Part shown: positions 32,638 through 38,542 of the stretch, piece by piece
How the letters are laid out: each line of letters opens with the position of its first letter
How positions within the stretch are numbered: the first letter of the stretch is position 1
Source of the DNA: Legionellaceae bacterium
GTDB taxonomy: Bacteria; Pseudomonadota; Gammaproteobacteria; Legionellales; Legionellaceae
Direction: 5' to 3'
Length of the DNA stretch: 38,542 nt
NCBI GenBank assembly: GCA_947470005.1
Contig: CANISA010000001.1
Location: 1-38,542 of the forward strand
Translations under genes and position numbers: made by a program
Notes under the pieces: model-generated
Databases searched by the model: none
What the model saw: the letters and a program-made list of their open reading frames with translations, nothing else
What the model was told of the DNA's origin: nothing

Positions 32638-33378
32638 ATGACAACCCGACACACAGCGCTTCTTATAAACGTGCACCCTGAGTGGCGTGAATTACTGAGT
32701 GATGCGCTGGATGCGATGGATCCAGGCTATCTTCATGGCTTGACTAGCTCGTCTGATTGGTTGCCCGGAAAGGCGTTACTCTTGGCGGCTTTTAGAACGC
32801 CGTTGTCTCAAGCGCGGTATATTTTGTTTGGTGAATCGCCCTATCCACGGCAAGCGTCTGCCAATGGGTATGCTTTTTGGGATGCGGCAGTCGAGTCGCT
32901 TTGGAGTAAACGTGGTTTGAGTAAGGAAATTAATCGAGCAACCTCGTTGCGTAACCTCATGAAAATGTTTCTTTATGCCCGAGGCAGTCTTCAGGATGAC
33001 AGGACGCAGGACGTCATAGCAAAATTGGATCAATCCATTTATTATCAAACCGCAGACAGCATGTTTACAGGGTTGCTGGAAAAAGGATTTATATTGCTCA
33101 ATGCCTCGCTTGTTTATCATGAGGGAAAAATCCCTTATCATGCGCGGATGTGGCGTCCATTTATTCGAGTCCTATTAGACCGACTGGTGGCTTATAACCC
33201 GTCGTTTCAGCTGATTTTATTTGGCCGAATCGCAGAACAAATACCTGAGCGCGAGCGATTCTCTTGTCTCATTGCGGAACATCCATACAACCTCAGCTTC
33301 ATCACCAATCCACAGGTGGTGGACTTTTTTAAACCCTTGGATATATTGGTTGATCATGATAAAAAACACCACGGTTGA
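32638..33378 (+). CDS. Uracil-DNA glycosylase superfamily (UNG-like) protein with divergent active-site motifs
   Basis: [22 protein letters not shown] aligns to UNG [29 protein letters not shown] aligns to the UNG HPSPLS motif. The start is uncertain (32593, 32605 or 32638). Confidence 0.6.
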   Translation: [246 protein letters not shown]

Positions 33379-34051
33379 TCCCGTTGAAGTCGCTAAGTTT
33401 GCCCAGCATGCAACGGCATGGTGGGATAGAGATGGCCCATTAAAGACCCTGCATGATATTAATCCTGTTCGACTTGAATTTATCAGAGAATATGTTTCTC
33501 TTTCAGGCATTCGAGTGCTTGATGTGGGATGTGGCGGGGGAATATTATCCGAGAGTTTAGCGCGTGCTGGGGCCGTGGTGACAGGCTTAGATGTTGAATC
33601 GGATGCACTGCTTACCGCACGCGCACACGCAGAGGGTTCAAACCTTGCTTTAGACTATGTCTGTCAGCCCATTGAGTGCTTTGATGCGGAACCGTTTGAC
33701 TGCATCACGTGCATGGAACTGCTCGAGCATGTGGCAAATCCAGACGTTGTCATTGAGCACGCGGTCCGCTTGTTAAAGCCAGGGGGCGTGATCTGTTTGT
33801 CAACGATCAACCGAACGGTCAGCGCTTATGCCACGGCTATTTTTGCGGCTGAATATGTACTTTCCTTGCTACCGCGTCAAACGCATGATTTTGCCAAGTT
33901 CATTCGACCCAGTGAATTAGCACGTGTGCTCCGGACGTTTGGTTGTGATGTCCTAGGATTGTCTGGCATGTCGTACAATCCCTTTACGCGAACGGCATCC
34001 TTGTGTGAACAGGTTGATGTTAATTATCTTTTAGTGGCTCGACGGGTTTAG
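33356..34051 (+). CDS. ubiG: Ubiquinone biosynthesis O-methyltransferase UbiG
   Basis: VAKFAQHATAWWDRDGPLKTLHDINPVRLEFI, SAM motif VLDVGCGGGILSE, CMELLEHV and VDVNYLL are collinear with E. coli UbiG. The ATG at 33356 overlaps the upstream gene by 23 nt. Confidence 0.9.
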   Translation: MIKNTTVDPVEVAKFAQHATAWWDRDGPLKTLHDINPVRLEFIREYVSLSGIRVLDVGCGGGILSESLARAGAVVTGLDVESDALLTARAHAEGSNLALDYVCQPIECFDAEPFDCITCMELLEHVANPDVVIEHAVRLLKPGGVICLSTINRTVSAYATAIFAAEYVLSLLPRQTHDFAKFIRPSELARVLRTFGCDVLGLSGMSYNPFTRTASLCEQVDVNYLLVARRV

Positions 34052-34406
34052 GCTTGTCTTTTCGTCCGGTATATCTGTCTTGGAACCGTTGGTACGCATA
34101 CTTGGCTTGTTCTTCGGTTACGATATCCACTTCGTTTCCATATAAATCGACACGTGCCGTGTCTGTTTTTTGGCTGTTTAAGTACGCGGGCGAAGAGCTA
34201 TAGTAATTAAGCGCCTCACGTAGCTTTTTTTTGCTGAAGGGTGGGGTTTCTAGTCGATCATAGAAAGCAATGATTTCGTCAAAAATACCGATTTTTAATG
34301 GCTTGATGTTTTTTGATTGTTTAAAAAAAGCTGCGGGGAAATATTCGATGAGCCAATCAATGGTTTTTAATCGTTCTTTTTTTGCTGTGTCATGTTGCTC
34401 GTTCAT
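34020..34406 (-). CDS. Minimal ProQ/FinO-domain RNA-binding protein
   Basis: 128 aa. WLIEYFPAAFF...KPLKIGIFDEI...LREALNYYSSSPAYLNS...ARVDLYGNEV fits the ProQ/FinO domain pattern without a C-terminal Tudor-like extension. Confidence 0.8.
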   Translation of the reverse strand: MNEQHDTAKKERLKTIDWLIEYFPAAFFKQSKNIKPLKIGIFDEIIAFYDRLETPPFSKKKLREALNYYSSSPAYLNSQKTDTARVDLYGNEVDIVTEEQAKYAYQRFQDRYTGRKDKPKPVEPLKDN

Positions 34407-34524
34407 GGTAAACCGCCCTCATCCGCTTTCGGCACCTTCTTTCATGAGCGAGAGAAGGTGAATTATTTATCGTGGTTATTCTGCGGTTGAGATTATCACA
34501 ATTTTATTTGATGTTCGATGTTCG

Positions 34525-35199
34525 TTAAATAACATATCCTGAATGGGACAAATAATTTCGATCCGGATAATATGCAAACACAACTGATCCGCCTTTGATT
34601 GTATTAATCACGGGCCTTGCCAGGGTTTTTGCAATGGACGGGCAGCCCCAACTACGGCCAGCACGGCCTGATCGTTTAATAAAGTCGGGCTCAACATACC
34701 ATGCGCCATGGATAACCACCCGACGCTCAAATGCATTGTCGTTAAATCCTTTCTCTAGGCCTTGTAAATTCAATGAGTAGCCGTTTGATCCAATGTAGGA
34801 ATCTTTTGTGACGTAAGTGCCTAAACTGGTTTCTTTACTGGAAAACTGGTTTGAAAAATGATGGGGTGTGTCTGAACCAGAGTTTTTCCCATGAGCCACA
34901 TAGGTGTTGTATAATAGCCGCTCTTTGTTCATGTCAAAAATCCACATGCGTTGTTGAGAGGACGGAAGAGAGTAATCAATCACGGTCAGTACGGGTTTTT
35001 TCACAGCACCTCGTGATCGCGCTTTTTGATACGCAGTGAGGGCCATCTTAAGTACTTTTTTGCTGAGTTGAGGAGCCTTTTGGCTGAGATGATTCACTTT
35101 GGTGCTCATGTCGACGGCTGGTTTCACAAAGTTGGCGTTACTGGTTGTCATGTTGCCCGTGAGTACGGCCATTGAAATAAGAGTGAGGAAGGTATTCAT
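34525..35199 (-). CDS. L,D-transpeptidase (YkuD-fold) family protein
   Basis: Signal peptide and catalytic motif VVIHGAWYV...GRAGRSWGCPSI (H...G-R-S-x-G-C). Confidence 0.85.
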   Translation of the reverse strand: MNTFLTLISMAVLTGNMTTSNANFVKPAVDMSTKVNHLSQKAPQLSKKVLKMALTAYQKARSRGAVKKPVLTVIDYSLPSSQQRMWIFDMNKERLLYNTYVAHGKNSGSDTPHHFSNQFSSKETSLGTYVTKDSYIGSNGYSLNLQGLEKGFNDNAFERRVVIHGAWYVEPDFIKRSGRAGRSWGCPSIAKTLARPVINTIKGGSVVFAYYPDRNYLSHSGYVI

Positions 35200-35344
35200 A
35201 ATGCTCCGTTTTTGTAGTTAAGTTACCCTTGTCAGCGGCCACGAAAAAACGATCATTATATCGACAACTAACTAAAATGTAAATCAAATCAGGATGTTTG
35301 TTGATCAGGTTCAAATTAAAACAATCAAATCATAGGGTTAAATC

Positions 35345-38300
35345 ATGCTAGAACAGCGAACAATAATAGCTCCAAAAGGTCTTCGTGCACGGATCAATGA
35401 GGCGTACCGCCCGGTTGAATTGGACAGTGTGGCGATGCTCATTGAACACGCGAAATTGGATGAAACTCAGCTGGCTTTGGTTAGCTCGCGTGCGACACAA
35501 TTGGTTGAAGCGGTGCGAGCAGGACGTCAAAAAACAACGGGAATTGATTCTTTTTTAACGGAGTATTCGTTATCCAGTGAAGAGGGAATTACGTTGATGT
35601 GTCTTGCCGAAGCCCTTTTGCGTGTGCCCGATCAAGGGACTATTGATAAGTTGATTAAAGATAAGCTTGCCAATGTGGATTGGACATCACACCGTGCTCA
35701 AAGTGATTCATTTTTTGTGAATGCAACGACGTGGGCATTGATGATCACAGGTAAAGTCTTGAGTCCTGAGCGCGCAGGTTCAGTGCTTAGCCGAGGGGTG
35801 ATGAGCCTTGTGAATCGTAGCAGTGAAGGCCTGATTCGGAAAGCTGTGGATACGGCCATGCGCATCATGAGCAAACAATTTGTGACGGGACGAACCATCG
35901 AAGAGGCGTTGATGCGTTCAAAGAAAAAAGAAGCGGTAGGGTACCGATATTCTTATGATATGTTGGGCGAGGCGGCATTGACGGCACAGGACGCCGCGCG
36001 CTATTTAGAGGCTTATCGTCATGCGATAGAAGCGATTGGAGCGGCGACTAGTTTGGACGTGAATATGGTCCAAAAACCAGGGATTTCTATTAAGCTCTCT
36101 GCACTGCATCCGCGTTACCAAGAAGCTCAGCACGCGCGCGTTTTAGCTGAATTGACGCCAAATTTGTTGATGCTTGCGCAACTCGCCAAACGGTTTGATT
36201 TGTCACTGACCATCGATGCAGAGGAATCCGAGCGTTTGGATCTATCCCTTGATGTGATTGAACGCGTGTTCAACGATGACTCCTTGTCAGGCTGGAATGG
36301 GTTTGGTTTGGCGATACAATCGTATCAAAAACGTGCGTTTTATCTTCTTGATTGGGTTGCGGCGTTAGCACGAGGCAAGTCGCGTCGCATGATGGTTCGC
36401 CTGATCAAAGGCGCGTATTGGGACAGTGAAATTAAAAAAGCCCAAATGCAAGGCTTGTCTGACTACCCTGTTTTTACTCGAAAAGTGTTTACTGATTTGT
36501 CGTTTCAAGCCTGTGCAAAAAAATTATTGACCATGACCGATGCGATTTATCCGCAATTCGCAACGCATAATGCTTACTCGGTAGCGCTCATCCTCGGCTT
36601 GGTTGGTGATTACCGTGATTTTGAATTCCAATGTTTGCATGGCATGGGAAATGAGCTTTACGAACAAATTGTTCCGGCCAACAAAGAGGGGATCCCCTGC
36701 CGAATTTATGCTCCGGTGGGAAGTCATGAAGATCTTTTACCATACCTTGTGCGTCGCCTTCTTGAAAATGGAGCGAACTCATCGTTTGTTAATCGTATTG
36801 TGGATAGTACAGCCCCCATCAGCAACTTGGTTGAGGATCCTGTTGAAAAAGCACGTCGCCAATGCCTTAAAATAAATCAAAACATCCCCTTGCCGGCCTT
36901 TATTTTTCCGGCCGATCGAGTCAATTCGACGGGGTTTGATTGGAGTAATCGAGGCGCGCTTGCAGAACTTCAGCAGCAATTAGTTGACCAAAATGCGTTG
37001 GCATGGATTGCGGCCCCTCGGCTTGCCGGGAAAGCGAGCGCCTCGACGTTGAGTCATGGGTTAACTGCGCCACACGATAGAAATAGGTCTGTTGGAACAG
37101 TGACAGAGGCCATTGCAGAAGATATTGAGTGGGCCTTGACGTCAGCATGTGCGGCTTTCCCCGCGTGGAGCAACACGCCCGTTGCTGAGCGCGCTGCGTG
37201 TTTACGTCGATTGGCTGATTTACTGGAGGAGCATCAAACCACCTTGTTGGCTATGGCGTGTCTTGAAGCGGGCAAAACCTGGCAAGATGGCTTGGCTGAA
37301 ATTCGAGAAGCGGTAGATTTTTGTCGTTATTACGCGACAGAAGCCGTACAAATCATGGGATCTCCTCGGCGCTTGCATGGATACACGGGGGAGATCAATG
37401 AGCTCAGCTTGCATCCTCGTGGGGTTGTTCTTTGCATTAGCCCTTGGAATTTTCCCTTGGCCATTTTTACAGGGCAAGTGACGGCGGCGTTGGTTACCGG
37501 CAATTGCGTGATTGCAAAACCTGCGGAACAAACGCCAATGATAGCGTGTTTTGCAACGGATTTGATGTTGAAAGCGGGGATCCCAGCCGGTGTCATGCAA
37601 TTGTTGCCGGGTCGCGGTGAAACAGTTGGCGCTGCATTGGTTGCCGATCAGCGAATTAAGGCCGTTATTTTCACAGGATCAACACAAACAGCCACGTTGA
37701 TCAACCAAGCGCTAGCGATTCGAGGGGGTGAGCTCATTCCGTTTATCGCAGAAACCGGTGGGCAAAACGCCATGATTGTTGATTCATCGGCGTTGTTGGA
37801 GCAAGTGGTGGTTGATGTCATTTCCTCCGCGTTTGGAAGTGCGGGTCAACGCTGCTCCGCACTTCGCGTTCTTTATGTTCAGGAGGAGGTTTATCCTCGC
37901 GTGATTGAATTGCTTCAAGGTGCGATGGCAGAGCTTGATGTGGGTAACCCGTGTTGGCTTACAACGGATGTGGGACCTGTGATTGATCAGGATGCGTTGG
38001 CCGGCCTTAAACAACACGTCACGACCATGAAAAAAAGCCACACGCTTATTTACGAATGTATACTTCCAGCGGCCTGTGCCGATGGGTATTTTATGCCTCC
38101 AACGGCGTTTGCAATCGATAGCATTTCTGCCTTAAAACAAGAGGTATTTGGACCTGTTTTACACGTGATTTGTTTTAAACAAACCGCGTTGGATGACGTG
38201 ATTGATCAGATAAACGGCACACAATATGGCCTAACATTAGGCATACATAGCCGCATCAATCAAACCGTTGAGATGATTCGTCAGCGCGTACACGTGGGCA

Positions 38301-38497
38301 ACTGTTATGTGAATCGTAACATGGTTGGTGCGGTGGTTGGGTTGCAACCTTTTGGGGGAGAAGGCCTATCTGGCACGGGGCCTAAAGCAGGTGGCCCGAA
38401 CTATTTGCAGCGGCTCTGTCATGAACGAACCTGCACCATCGATACCACGGCGGCTGGCGGCAATGCGAGCTTAATGGCTATTCCTGAGGAGGAGTAG
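35345..38497 (+). CDS. putA: Bifunctional proline dehydrogenase / L-glutamate gamma-semialdehyde dehydrogenase PutA
   Basis: 1050 aa. The PRODH barrel region (YSYDMLGEAA, RLIKGAYWD, LLENGANSSF) is followed by an aldehyde dehydrogenase domain (FTGST, ETGGQNA, CSALR, PFGGEGLSGTG). Confidence 0.95.
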   Translation: MLEQRTIIAPKGLRARINEAYRPVELDSVAMLIEHAKLDETQLALVSSRATQLVEAVRAGRQKTTGIDSFLTEYSLSSEEGITLMCLAEALLRVPDQGTIDKLIKDKLANVDWTSHRAQSDSFFVNATTWALMITGKVLSPERAGSVLSRGVMSLVNRSSEGLIRKAVDTAMRIMSKQFVTGRTIEEALMRSKKKEAVGYRYSYDMLGEAALTAQDAARYLEAYRHAIEAIGAATSLDVNMVQKPGISIKLSALHPRYQEAQHARVLAELTPNLLMLAQLAKRFDLSLTIDAEESERLDLSLDVIERVFNDDSLSGWNGFGLAIQSYQKRAFYLLDWVAALARGKSRRMMVRLIKGAYWDSEIKKAQMQGLSDYPVFTRKVFTDLSFQACAKKLLTMTDAIYPQFATHNAYSVALILGLVGDYRDFEFQCLHGMGNELYEQIVPANKEGIPCRIYAPVGSHEDLLPYLVRRLLENGANSSFVNRIVDSTAPISNLVEDPVEKARRQCLKINQNIPLPAFIFPADRVNSTGFDWSNRGALAELQQQLVDQNALAWIAAPRLAGKASASTLSHGLTAPHDRNRSVGTVTEAIAEDIEWALTSACAAFPAWSNTPVAERAACLRRLADLLEEHQTTLLAMACLEAGKTWQDGLAEIREAVDFCRYYATEAVQIMGSPRRLHGYTGEINELSLHPRGVVLCISPWNFPLAIFTGQVTAALVTGNCVIAKPAEQTPMIACFATDLMLKAGIPAGVMQLLPGRGETVGAALVADQRIKAVIFTGSTQTATLINQALAIRGGELIPFIAETGGQNAMIVDSSALLEQVVVDVISSAFGSAGQRCSALRVLYVQEEVYPRVIELLQGAMAELDVGNPCWLTTDVGPVIDQDALAGLKQHVTTMKKSHTLIYECILPAACADGYFMPPTAFAIDSISALKQEVFGPVLHVICFKQTALDDVIDQINGTQYGLTLGIHSRINQTVEMIRQRVHVGNCYVNRNMVGAVVGLQPFGGEGLSGTGPKAGGPNYLQRLCHERTCTIDTTAAGGNASLMAIPEEE

Positions 38498-38542
38498 CCC
38501 TGGGCAGGTTGATTTTATCCCTTGCAATTGAATTTAAAGGAG

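Noticed and set aside
31447-33510. ORFs 31447-31668, 32041-32238, 32776-33141 and 33217-33510
   Set aside because: They are antisense to the M20 peptidase, UNG-like and ubiG genes, with no motifs.
34433-34460. Hairpin as the terminator of the L,D-transpeptidase gene
   Set aside because: The 8-bp stem is real, but no T-run follows on the transcribed (minus) strand. It is kept only as a leader structure in the ProQ-like finding.
35348-38041. Many short ORFs on both strands within putA (for example 36603-36875, 37220-37600, 37784-38041)
   Set aside because: They are nested in or antisense to an uninterrupted 1050-aa PutA with full-length domain architecture.
1-38542. Search for CRISPR arrays, IS elements/transposases, integrases, rRNA, tmRNA and a csrA-like (lvrC/csrT-type) small gene
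   Set aside because: I saw no regularly spaced repeat array and no DDE or tyrosine/serine-recombinase motifs. No ORF has the CsrA signature (MLxLxRKxGE...GxxVxxGIxAP). Absence is stated only for this window and by eye.

Overview
The window has two parts. Positions 1 to about 29674 are the right-hand portion of an integrated F-type conjugative element (MPF-F pilus and mating-pair genes plus a MOB-F TraI/TrwC-type relaxase). It abuts the 3' end of an intact tRNA-Pro(GGG) gene at 29675-29751 on the minus strand. Positions 29752-38542 are ordinary chromosomal genes: a small secreted protein, astA, an M20 peptidase, a UNG-like protein, ubiG, a minimal ProQ/FinO protein, an L,D-transpeptidase and putA.

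The element carries, all on the minus strand and almost without intergenic space, a lambda O/P-like pair followed by traA-L-E-K-B-V-C-trbI-traW-U-trbC-traN-F-trbB-traH-G-(TraS-position membrane ORF)-traD-traI. An RHH gene, a hemerythrin-like gene and a truncated GNAT-like gene follow. Between the tra block and the tRNA lies an A+T-rich cargo and regulation region. It holds two different HTH-S24 (CI/LexA-like) repressors, a class-C beta-lactamase-fold serine hydrolase and a Cro-like/AlpA(Xis)-like pair facing the tRNA.

The most unusual feature is a tightly coupled five-gene operon led by the second repressor: HTH-S24, an internally duplicated ORFan, a VUT/YhhQ-type transporter, a SLOG 'MoCo-carrier-like' protein and a Fes-like esterase. 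I cannot match this combination to any described system.

I saw no integrase, transposase, CRISPR array, rRNA or csrA-like gene in the window. All family calls rest on motif and synteny recognition by eye. No database search or numerical computation was done. Gene content is reminiscent of Legionellales, but the host cannot be established from the sequence alone.
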